Assembly: GCA_023920165.1 (NCBI GenBank) | Contig: CP089276.1 | Coordinates: forward strand, 2,046,001-2,110,000 | Reading direction: 5' to 3' | Source of the DNA: Curvularia clavata | Lineage: Eukaryota | DNA length: 64,000 nucleotides | Shown: positions 1-11,486 of the stretch, in pieces | Numbering within the stretch: the first letter of the stretch is position 1 | How the letters are laid out: each line of letters begins with the position of its first letter | Translations under genes and position numbers: made by a program | The notes under the pieces: generated by a model | The model's input: only the letters and a program-made list of their open reading frames with translations | Told to the model about the DNA's origin: nothing | Databases searched by the model: none

Positions 1-804
1 CAGCGTGTAGCTGGCCTCGGTTCCGGAGTAAGCATCAGCGGAAGGGTGGGAGGGTGTAGCCGATGACGGAGTTCAGCACGTCAATGGGTGTGTGGAGCAA
101 CCGTCAGATGATTGCATCAATCACAGCAAGCTGGAAATTACGATGCATGATGGCGCGACAATAGTAGCATGGTGTTGACGTTATTGCTGGCAAGGCCGTG
201 CGGGCTTGCTGCTTGGAAGAGCAAAGGGCACATTCGTATCACGGACGGCTATCGCGACAACGACGGTAGGCTCGGGGAACTGAGAACAACGGAAGACAAC
301 GACCCTCTTTGGTGACGATCTGGATCTTGACTTGCTAGACTGCAGTAGTTTCGGCATGCCGTCCATCATTGCCCTGGTGCTGTACGACTAAGCCTTCGGA
401 GCTGAACTTTACCCGCTAATGCTTTCCCTCTGGACAAGTCGGATTGGACCGATGAGCACATGCTGACTAGACTATTGCAATAGGATCTGGAAAGACAAAT
501 ACAACCCCAAGTAAAGGCGTTATAGTGTCGCTTTAGGCCAGGCGTTGTGGGCTGCCTCGGCCCGACTCGCTCCTACACAGCCTATTCCGGAAGTCATGAG
601 ATGGTGTCGTGTGAGATAGGCGTCGCGTCGTCTTTCCCGTGGGGAAGCGAAGATCTTGTTGCTTTTGTTTTCAGCAACAAAGTTTGTTTCTTGAATAATT
701 CAACCCATTATTTTCTTTTTGTCCTATCAACGTCCAAGTTTTTTGTCCGAGGGGGTGTCGTTTTTTTCGGTTTTAATCCCGGGTGATTTACCCTTTTCTT
801 CCTG

Positions 805-861
805 GTGGGTGTACTGGATGTTGGTGTGGGTGTACTGGATGTTGGTGTGGGTGTGTGTGTG
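805..861. repeat. 21-bp tandem repeat (GTGGGTGTACTGGATGTTGGT, about 2.4 copies) running into a short (GT)n tract
   Basis: Exact copies at 805-825 and 826-846, partial third copy at 847-854, then GT repeats to 861. Confidence 0.85.
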
Positions 862-3800
862 GCAAAACATTGGTTCTAGAATCTAGGGCCACTTACTCCT
901 AGGGAAGGTAAAGGATCGCACACTATTTTCCTCAGGGTAATCGTACGCCGAGTATTGGAGACTATGTCTAGCTTTGGACTTGCTGCGGGACGAATTCACG
1001 GGCAAAGAAGGCAGCACTTGTCCACTGAGAGAGACAAGAGTTTCTTTCGGTAATCATCTGGAACTGGAATGATTCATTTATCCTATCGATTTCCAGCACG
1101 ACTCAGTAACGCAAAGGCCGTCGTACAATGCTCCGAGAAAGATACCTACATTGTAGCCATGTTCTTGCTTACCGCATCACGGTGGTCTGTCCCTGCGGGA
1201 AACGCCGAGAAACGGAGCATCTTACATGCTTAAGAGTCATACATTGGAATTTTTTTCTCTCTCTAGATACCCTTTGACACGTAGGAAACGTGGTAGAGAA
1301 GCATCTAGCATTTCCCCCCCATTCTCCTCCGTTTCATCACCCTGTTTTCGTACACATGTACAGGTGAAGTAATGCAAGTGTCGATGTATGTACATACGGA
1401 TGTAATGCACGCCAAACCTCCCCTCCATAAGATTTTCCCTTCGTGCATAACCCCCCCGCTTTCCCGGCTCAAACTTGCATATCCTGTGTATTTTTTTCTT
1501 CTCTTCCCTTCCGCACTCGCCCGTCTTTCTGCTTGATTCTCTCCATCGGAAGCAAGTATAATGGGGCTTGTGGGCTAGCTCATCGCACCTACATACATAC
1601 GCAGATAGCTTGGACCCCGTACCGTCCTCTCGTATGCATGCAAGTGTGAAAGTGTCTGTGTAACACTTCCACACCCCTGTTCACCTGTGGCTGTGGTCTT
1701 TGTGGTCTGTGAGTACGTACATACACACGCATGTAGATGCAGAAGAAGAAAAAAACTACGGACAAGGGACCACAATTCTGAAACGAAGCTATCGTGCGTT
1801 GGTGGTGCATCCACGGCGGCTGGTGGAGGTGGAGGTGGAGATGCATGAAGGGAGGGAGGTCGAGGGTCTACAGCTAGGAGTTTTGGTAGAGGGGTTGGGA
1901 ATGACGTCGACAGCGTATGGTCTTTGCTTTGCTGTGTACTTGATTCCTTTTTTTTTCATGGGTTCAAAGCATATCACGGGGTAAGGATAAGAAAATGAGG
2001 AGGGCAGGGCAGGGCTGTGCGGCCGTGGTGGTGTAGGTTTGGCTACAAACTCGGTACCAGTAAAAAAAAGACAGTGTGCTTTTTTCCCTTACGCGTGGCT
2101 GTTTTGCTTTTCTCCCTATTCCAAAACGTAGTCTTACTACTATCTAGTTTCTATGAAATCAAGTTCTCGTAAGGATATTCAGCGTCAGTGACGGAAAGTG
2201 CAAGTGTTGCTTGCGCGGCTCACAAGTCATCTGCCTGCTACATCGAGATCTATGTTGTCTTCTTCCGAACCTAATGGACCCCCCCTAGTCCAAGGAAGGA
2301 GAGAGAGATACACCGATGACAGCAGTTAGGTAAGGCCTGTTCCGCTCTCTCCTCCGTACAACACTACGCACAATTTGATTTCTCAGATACGCGACAAGCG
2401 GATGCCGTTGTGCTTGATCGTTTTGCATACAAGGCCCGCCAACTTAGCCAACTATGCATTCAAGGCACGGCCCCATGTCCTTTGCACAGTGCGGCTGTAT
2501 CGCTCTTCGCCTTTTTTTTTCCGCTTCACGCGATGCGAGGTACGCGATCAGCGCTGTCATTGTACCCTGGGAGACGTGATGGCCGCCGCTCCCGCAAAGG
2601 GATCGACTGTGCGTTTTTGTGCATGCATGTACGTATGTGTGTGTTAGCTGTTTGGTGCGAATCCGTCAGAAGGAGGCTGAGAAAAAAACGATGCTATTCA
2701 CACAGATATGCAACACCAACGCACAGACAAGACCCATGTGTGCGAAAATCGTAAGATTCAAGGTTTCAGAAAGTAGGGCAAGGATGTACACCATCAGCAC
2801 AATGAAGCTATAGGAGCCAGTCAATTCAAGGCACGGGGTGATGGTTTCCTGGGACAGTGACATGGGGTGGCTGATAATAGACAGAAACAATAGACAGAGA
2901 CATGGTGTGTGTGCCGATTTAGCATCACGGGCGAAGTAAGCGCTTGGAAGGGAAGGGGGGGCAAGAAAACCCCATCTGATAGCATTAACTGACTCGATGC
3001 CCTCTTGATCCCGCCAATGGTGACCTAGGTACAAAAGGTGTTTTGACCGGCTTCATTGTCAGCCAATGAAGCTCGGCACATGCAGCTCCGTGACCACGGG
3101 TCGCAGAAACGGCCGCTTCCAACAAGAAAAACAAGAGCTGAAGAAAAAGCTGGTATCTCAAATGGGGGAATTCACCACTCTCGCCCCGAGTGTTGAGATC
3201 GGGGAAAGAGCGGTAAAGGGGGTATTATGAAAAAAATTTGACCAAAAAGATTATCGTAGAGGGGAAGGGGCATAAGGGTTCGTGAAAAAGTCAAGTCGTG
3301 ATCGTGAAGTGTGCAAGAGGGGAAGCAAGAAGGGGAAAACAGGCATCGTCTCTTTCAATACAACAAATAAATGTCCAACTTTGTGTGATCATCCTCCTCT
3401 CATATGCCGTCATGTACAAATCGTCGCTGATCATGTTCGTCGATACATGTCCCATGTCCTTCGTTGCCAAATTCTTCGTCTTCGTGGTTAACGTAAAAGG
3501 AAAAATGTCAACGCTCGCTACGCTGTGCAAAATAGATACATCAAAACAACCTAGGCCATTCTCGAATGTTGTGAGCAAACAACAGGAAAACCGATATGCA
3601 AAAGGAAACAACAGGAAAGAACAAAACCAAGTATGGATGAAGTCGTGAACCAGGTCTCGACGCGAAGAAACAACCGCCATGCTCAAGCGACAAAGGCAGC
3701 AAAGTAGCCAAAATCGACGTTGCCGTCCCATAGTGTAGAAGACTGGCAAGGCCAGCGCGTTGAGAAAAGAAGTGGCGACGCCGTCATGAGCGTTCAAAGA

Positions 3801-4005
3801 AGAAACGCGCAAAAAACGAAATCTCAGCCGGACCGTGATGCAACTTGAGTCCCTACAGGTGCCCCAATGTAGACAAGGGGAAAGAAGAGAATCGCTATGC
3901 TGATCAAAGACAAATGCAACTTAGGAAAGCTAACAAAGGAAAGATTGGTTGGTTTGGTTGGTGTAAGGTGTCTGCATCCCTTGTGGGTAGGCAGTGTTGT
4001 GTGGC

Positions 4006-6044
4006 TTAGCCAAGGTTCTCGACCTTGGTGCCTTCGGACGAGCCGGGCCGTGACATGGCAGCAGACTCCTCGACGATGCGCTTGAACTCGTGGACAACCT
4101 CGGGGGCAATCTTGTCCCAAAGCAGACTACGGGTGTAGATCTCAGCAGCAGAGTCGCCCTTGCTCTGCTCGCGCATGGCAGCGAGAGTCTCGGCAAGGTT
4201 GCGGCGGTGCGAAGGCTGAGCGCCAGGCGAGAGTGGGTCCGAGAGGTCATCGCTCGTGACGCTGTATCGCGAGCGGGTAAAGTCGAGGGAGGTCATGCTG
4301 TTGTACTGGTCGGGGGTGATGGAGAAGAGCTGCTCATGCTCCTGGTCCTTGGTTGGGCCAGTGAGATGAGAGTGCAGTTGGTCGAGGCTGGAGCCTGAGA
4401 TGCCAGCAAGCTCGGAGCCAGACATGGTAGTCTTGGGCCAGGCCATACCAGATGGGGTAGGCTCGAGACCAGTCACATGGCTGGCAACGATGTTGCCTTG
4501 CTCGGTCAGGCTGTTGGGAACACCGGCGTCCTTGAGGATGCTGTCAAGGACAGTAGCCGAGGCAGCGCGGACCTCCTCAGGCATGCGAGGGATAGGAGGG
4601 GCGGCAGCATTGCCAGACTTGCTTGCGACAAAGGCGCCGCAGAGCAGAAGCATGAGCAGGAGACCAGAGGTGACAGGCTTGTCCTCGTCCTTGGTGCGAG
4701 AGACGAGCGAGACCTCCTGGTTCTGCTGGGGAGTGGGCTGGTCATCAGAGGCAAAATCGTTGACGAAGATGTAGTTATCCCAGTCACTGTTGCCCATGTT
4801 GAGGTTGTCCATCTCAGAAGCAAAGTCGGTAAAGGTAGTGCTAGGCGCAACAGCCATGCCATTGCCAGTGGCAGCCTCGAGGCGCTCAGTGAGGACCGAG
4901 ACCTTCTTGCGAAGATCGCTGGTCTCAATGGTGTGGGTGCGCACTAGCTCTTCCTTGTCGAACTGCAGCTGGTTGACCATGTGGTGCATCTCCATGGACT
5001 CACGGTGCCAGTTCTCCTTCTCGGCAACGAGTGCGTCGTACTCGAGACGGAGAGCAGAAAAGTCGTCCTGCATCTGGCAGATCTTCTCCATCCACTGCTT
5101 CTTCTCTTCCTCGAGCTCCTCAGTGTGCTTCTTCTTTCGCTGTCGCGAATCGAGTCTGTGAATTAGGTTAGCGGATGAAGTCATGTGGAGAGCATAGACC
5201 AAAAGGTAAATTGGACCAAACATGGAGTGTGGAACCAAGAACCAAAAGGCAGTACGTACGCGGCCTGTCTGTTGCGGAGAAGTCGTTTTTGCTGCTTGAG
5301 CTCCTTGAGGTCTTCTTCGTTGGTGCAGCTCTGGATGAGCGTGTCGATGTTGTGCAGGTTGCGCTCGGCGGGGATGTCGAAGCGGGCATTCTTCTTGCGG
5401 ATGCCGCCGTCACGACGGGGCGAGAAGGAGCGGGGAGGCGTGTTGGGCCTCATACGCTTGGGGCCGGGGCGGGCGTCCATCTCTTGTTGGTTGAAGGCCA
5501 TCCAGTCGGAGTGGGTGTGGGGGGACATGGGCTGCTCGGGTGCGGCCTGGAAGACGGCACTGGGGCGGACATTCTGGTGGACGGGCAGTCCGTGGAAGGG
5601 CATCTGCTGTTGGTCGACGAAGGAAGCACCAAAGTCACCGGGGCCAAAGGGGTTGAGTGGCTTGGGGGCAGTGGGTGTCCTGGAACCAGAGTTGTCGGCA
5701 ACGGGCCATGACTGCTGGCCGTAGGTGGCAGCTTGGTTGGGGGGCAGACGGGCAAAGGGGTTGTTGCTCTGCTCGGTGAAGAAGGGGTTGTTGCCGTTTG
5801 TGTTGACAACGGAGCTGGTAGCTGTGCGGTCGACGAACTGTCCTGCGGAAAAGTCCTCCCAGATGGACGTCTCTGGGGAGAAGATGCCCTGGTTGCTGGT
5901 CGAGGGCGACATGAGGACGGGCGTGTCGAGGATGTTTGAGTCTAGGGTGGCGTTGTCGTCAAAGGAAAAGGCAGAGGGCTTCCTGTCGAGCGGGGTATGG
6001 TGAAAGTCCATGTGGTTTTGCGAGGAGGCGTACGAGTGGTCCAT
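4006..6044 (-). CDS. bZIP transcription factor with a single internal transmembrane segment; 2 exons (6044-5260, 5155-4006)
   Basis: ORFs 5181..6044 and 4006..5238 join through intron 5156-5259 (GTACGT...GCTAAC...CAG), restoring the basic region KQQKRLLRNRQAA|LDSRQRKKK and a heptad zipper. The hydrophobic stretch SGLLLMLLLCGAFVAS lies downstream. Possibly the Ada-1-type family, but I am not sure enough to assign a symbol. Confidence 0.9.
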
Positions 6045-6894
6045 GGCGGGCTCTTGTAGCTAAGTACCGGTGTAGCCGCGGGACTGGCGGTGTGGGTTAC
6101 CCTTTTGGGCAAAGAGGGAGGTGCTGATGGCTGGGGCAGGCTGGCGGGGGCACACGAGGATACTCAACTGACAGCGTGCGGCTGTGCGTGGGTGCGATCT
6201 CAGCAAGGCGTGCCTGTGGGTAGCGAGCGGCCTTTTTGTGGTAGCGGGAAGGTAGTGTTGTCGTGGACTTTGGGTGATGTGCGGGAGCGCGGGCTTAAAG
6301 CTGGGTGGGTAGCGGGGTGTGCAGCAGAGCCGGCTTGTGCAAGGAAGCCGGCCTGCGTCTGCCGTGGGATTGATCTGGGCGCTGCACGCCGGGCGGGCCT
6401 GCGATAGGACGCCCCAATAGCGTCGGGTATGGATGCATTCACTCCAGCACCACGCCCTGGCCCCGCTGCAGCGACTGGCTGGGGATGTCCTGCCAGCGTC
6501 GTCCTTGGCCCATTACCCAGTGTTTGCCCTGCTGCTGGATGCTTAGCCGTTTGTCGCGCCCGTCTGCGTCCGCCGTCCGTCACGCATATCGCGCGCGACG
6601 CACTGGAATGCTGCCAGTCCCCTCCCCCGCCCACTCGCACCACGACCCGGCGCTCCCGTGCTGCTCAATCGATAAAGACCGTGGGCGTGACTGGCTAGCC
6701 TGCGCGGGCCGGCCCATGTGCTGCCAAATTCCACCGCACGCCCGTCGCCCATTCGTCTCTTGCGCCGTGAAAACTCTGCTCGAAACAGTCAAGACGCTGG
6801 CCGTGCAGCCACATCAGGTCGCTCGACCTCGCTGCTTTGCCGCGCATCGCGACCAGCCCTCGGTCCTTGTCGTCGTGCTCGTCTCGCCGTCGTT

Positions 6895-6912
6895 GTCGTC
6901 GTCGTCGTCGTC
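6895..6912 (+). repeat. (GTC)6 microsatellite
   Basis: Read directly from the sequence. Confidence 0.8.
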
Positions 6913-9266
6913 AGTGGTCAGTGGTCATCCTGAGCCCGCCCTCTGCTGAGACACTGCCCACCAGCCAACCACACTCCCTACCCGCCCCTTGCGCCGTCAC
7001 CCGACTGCTCGTCTCGCTCGGTGCTGCACCGCGCAAGCCTCTTTCGTTGCGTGAGCACGCTTGGCCCCTCCCCCGTTCTGGTCGAGGTCATGGTGTCATC
7101 TGTCCAGGCGTAGCTGTGCACGAGTCATCTCACCGCTTCGTGCCCGCACCAGGCTTCCCTGTCCAACTCTGCTCTTCACCACACCCTTCCTCGTGTGCTC
7201 CCGTGCTCCCGGCCCTGCCTATCCTCAGGCTTGCCTTTGCCATTTCCTCAAGCCCACTAGCCCGCCGTCACTCCATCTGGCTGGAATCGGCTTTTGGGTG
7301 AGCCCATCTGGGAAACAAACACGGCAGCTCTAGCCTTGCCCTTCCTGTCCCACACAATCCACCTCCTTCTCCGACTCTCATGCCTCTAACCACTTGGCTG
7401 GGTTCCCGGTAGCCAAGGTGCACGCCTCTGTGCGTCATTCTTGTGCGTCGTGCTCCGATTTTGCCCTTTTCTTCTTTTGTCGGCCAACATCGGGCACCTT
7501 GGTCTTCCAACTCTTTGCCTGACAGCCGTAGCCCGCATAGTGACATAGTGACAAGCAGCGACATACCTCGTTGCTGCTCGTCAAGCCCACGCTTCACAGC
7601 CGACTAAACCCATCGCTATGGCGGTTTGTGCTCTGTGTCACGCTTACCGCGGCCGATTAACACATGCATCCCTAATCCAAACCACCAACCACCGCGTTAC
7701 GCCAAACCGGACGCACAGTCGCTCCGACATAATGCACATAGCAACGCGCGCCATACCTGCTCTTGACATGCCACAAGCAACCCGTATACCCCACTGTTGC
7801 TGTAGATTCGACGCGCATCCTTCTGCACTGATGCTACTCTTTCCTGCATCTGCATCGACTGCCGCGGCTGATCCTCTCTACTGCGGCGCCTACTGTGGCA
7901 CGCGTAATTCAAAGCCACCCAACGACGGTAGACTAGAACCACTCAATGGCTCCACTTGCATCTAGTCGCTTCATGCTGACTACTATACCCTGAGACGACG
8001 GTCTGCTTGACCGGAACACATCATCAAGTCGTGATGCACCACAATCCATCCAGAGCAGACCTTCATCGACTCATCGACTTGAGGCCCAACTTGAACATGG
8101 AGTCGTCGACAGCATTACACCTCGGCGTGGCTGTCGCAGAAAAGGTGAGGCTGTAGCGGTCAAAAAGTCCGCTTAGGTATGCTCCACTATCCGCTCCCGC
8201 GCTTTGGCCCCAGCCACTAGAAGCTCATCGTCAAAGTTATTCTTGTCCATGGCCGAATTCTCGCCATTGTGTGTCGTCTTGGCCATATCCAACAACTCTC
8301 TTTCTTCACTCTTGTCCGTCAATCTGTGACTCACCCGTCATCGTGGTCCGCATCCCCGGATTCTGGACTACGCTCCCGAAAACACCTAGAAAAAAAATTA
8401 TTACACACGGCCCCGGCCGATGACGGCAAGCGTCCCGCCCACTGTCCTGGAATGCTTCAAGTCTAGCATGCTGCCTTTTTGCTGACTGCTTGTGGATCTT
8501 GGGGCAAAAATCGCGGAACCGGTGTCGCTTCCAATTGACCCTCCTCACTTGCTAACCTAGACCGCCGCTCAATCTTGAAACATAGCTCATCGCGGCCTCT
8601 GTTTCCATTTGTCGATCAATGTGCGGTGAAGACCAAGTTTCTCTTGTAGCGTTCCAGACAGGCATGTGATTGTTGCGGTGTAGGATATTCTAACCCATTG
8701 CCCCTTGCAGCAATCGAGCCATGTTTTAGATTTACGGGTAAAAAACAAATACGTCGGCTCCATACTCCAGCTCGACGAATAGGACGCTTACCTCGTCCAT
8801 CACGAGAAAATGCCGGGCACCTAGCCGTGATACGTGCGTGCGTGCTTTTTTTTCCTGGCTTGGCCATGACGACCTCGGAAGCAGTATCTGCGCCGGCCGA
8901 ATCAACAGAAACTTTGAGTTTGAGATATCGGCCCATTTTGCCAACAAAGAAAAGCAGAAGGTAAGATATCAACAGACGGGCAGGAATGACTCATAGGAGG
9001 GGAGAACAGCAAGGAAAGACATCAATGTTGTGACTGAGGGAAAGTTGATGAACATGTTATATGCCCCGGGAGGCGCAAACATAGTGTGTATTTGTAGCTC
9101 CACGCGCACGGGAGTACTGGGTATCTCGAGTGAAGCTTTAGGCGTCATGTGTTTAACATACGCCATGCAGAGGAGAACGAGGAGAGCACTGACCTGTGTG
9201 ACTTCTTTCATACTCGTCGTCTTCGCGTCTTTGCAACGGTTGCGTGTTGATCTTGTGGCCTTGGTC

Positions 9267-10981
9267 TCATATTCCCCCATTATCATCTCTGGCCCATAGC
9301 TTCACTGTGCGATCTTTTCCACCACTTACGATCCAGCGGGCATCGCTTGTCACATCCGTACTGAAGACGGGACCCGAGTGACCTTGCAGAGTCTTGCAAT
9401 GCGCCCAGTCGTCAGCCGAAAAGATTTGGACGTTCTTGTCGAATCCGGACGAGATGACAAAAGTCGACGCTTTCTTGGGAATCAATTTCCCTTCGTCGTT
9501 CTCTTGTAGGGGTATACCACTCATTGGTCCATCAGTGCCCTTGAACCATCGCAGGTCGGTAACGCCTCCGGTATTGGCAGCAATAGAGTTAGTCTCTCTC
9601 ATTGCCCGAACGTCCCAGCATTTCATGAACCCGTCGCCTGAACCGGAAAGCAGACGGTGGCCATCAGTCGCCCAGTCCAAACCGTAGATGGGCTTGATGT
9701 GACTCTCCAGCATGTAGATGACGCGACCAGTTCGTACATCCCAAACACGTCCAATGCTGTCGAGACCAGCGCTGGCAACAAGGGATCCATCGCCGTTGAA
9801 ACTTACAGTGTAGACTTCCTTGGAATGTCCTTCTTGCATCAGGAGCTCCTGACCAGTGTTCACGTCCCAAAGGCGCCAGGTGGTGTCATCAGAAGCCGAG
9901 GCTAGATATCGCCCACTGGGATGGAAGGCCAATCGACAAACACGGTCAGTATGTCCTTCGAGGGTACGCAGAGGTTTGTCGTCGTCAAGGGACCAAAGTT
10001 GAACCTTTCCACCTGCGCCTCCAGAGGCGAAGTTGACGCTTCCAGATGAGATGGTGCTTCCCGGCAGGGTTGCACCTGGTATCCAGTCTATGCCTGTTGC
10101 ACGTTCGGTATGTCCACCACGATAGGCTTTTTTCTGCTCTAGGCTGGGGATCTCTAGCAGCGCAACCTTGCCGCCCCAAGTACCGTATGCAACGTATTGT
10201 CCATTTGGGGAGACGCGGACAATGCTCACTGGCCGGTCTGCGGTTTGCGATCCGTAAAGCTCGAAGCCCTTTAGTCGATCCTTGATACCGTTGCGAAACT
10301 CAATATGCGTCTTGAGGGGTATCGTGGACTCGCGGCGCTGATATGCGACTCGTTCCTTTGCTCGTGGCAGAGAATATTTGGCCATGTCTCGTCGCGCCTC
10401 CAAAAGAGCCTGTGTGCCCTGTGTGTAGAATTCTTCCTGTTCGTCTCCAGGCGCATCTTCGGCCTCCTCCATGGCTACATCTGCAGCGTCTTCACCCAGA
10501 GCCTCCTGCTCCTCTGCAAGCAAGGCGCGGAGTCGATCGCGACGCTCCCCAGGACCCTCGCCAAACAGGGTGATGGGTTCTCCTCGTGAACGCAGCTTGG
10601 CTTTGACATCGCGGTCGGCGGTAGGCACGATGATCTGGGCGGCTCGTCGCTTGCGGTCAAAATCCTCCATGAGAGAAGCAGCAGACGCGTTTGCTCCACC
10701 GGGCATGGCATGGTTGCGGTCGAGAGCTGGGCTTGTTAGCACTGGGGAACTGTGTGCATTCAGGGCGCATGTGTACTAACGGACATTGGCGAGTTCAATT
10801 CCCTCCATGGCATCGCCCTGGATGTCTTGGTCAGCTCTGGAGCTTGGTGAAGCTACATGTAGCGTAGGCATCTGGGCAGCATGTGAAGCTTGGTGCCCTA
10901 CATGCAGAGACAGCCTGCGAAGTAACTTACGGCGCCATTTTCCTCCTCGACATAGGCCTGACGCGCAGGATGCATACTCAT
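9267..10981 (-). CDS. PRP4: U4/U6 snRNP protein Prp4 (PRP4 motif + WD40 repeats); 3 exons
   Basis: N-terminus M(SM)[11 protein letters not shown]. Introns 10818-10930 (GTAAGT...GCTGAC...CAG) and 10727-10780 (GTTAGT...GCTAAC...CAG) keep frame. PRP4 motif [34 protein letters not shown] is followed by WD repeats (e.g. [31 protein letters not shown]). The start could be 10975. Confidence 0.93.
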
Positions 10982-11486
10982 GTTGACTGACTGACTGTCC
11001 CGCAGCGGGGAAGGTGGTGTGCAGGTCGTGGGGGCGTGTCTCGAAAAGAAGTTCGCAGCCAGACGCGGCTTTGGGCCATAGGGCTGAGCTAGTGTCGGTT
11101 ATGTCATTCTCCGCGTCTGAGGGAACCGCCAGCGCTCGCTGGCTGGCTGCCCGCCCAGACAAGGTGTTGCAGAGTTAGTGAACAGTTGTCCAGAGGACGG
11201 TGCAAGACGCCTTGTCCTCGCCTGCGTCGGTCGTCTTTGTTCCATCCATCTTGTGCATCTGCAGACGATGCTCGCAGTACTCGTAAGTGCCACTGTTCTC
11301 AGCAACTACTAGCCGATCGGCAATGACGACGGCCAATGTGAATTCTTAGCCCAAAAGTCCGTTTTTATTTCAACGTCGTCTGTCGCAAAGGTGCGGCACC
11401 GCCATGATGCACTTTTCCTGACACCGATATCCTGCCGCCAACGCTTCTCCGTGCTAATTCGTCCTCGTCAGGCTTGGGCTTTGGCC

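Noticed and set aside
805..862. TG-rich tract resembling budding-yeast TG1-3 telomeric repeat
   Set aside because: Short, internal and explained by a 21-bp duplication plus (GT)n. Filamentous ascomycete telomeres are typically TTAGGG arrays, and none is present.
181..3812. Numerous 60-170 aa ORFs in the first 4 kb
   Set aside because: No recognisable motifs, low-complexity UTR-like composition, many non-ATG starts, and mutual overlap on both strands.
4560..4760. Possible IRE1-type unconventional intron removing the bZIP TM segment (as in plant bZIP60 or HAC1)
   Set aside because: Isolated CNGCNG words exist, but I could not identify the paired 7-nt-loop hairpins, and the basic region is not HacA-like.
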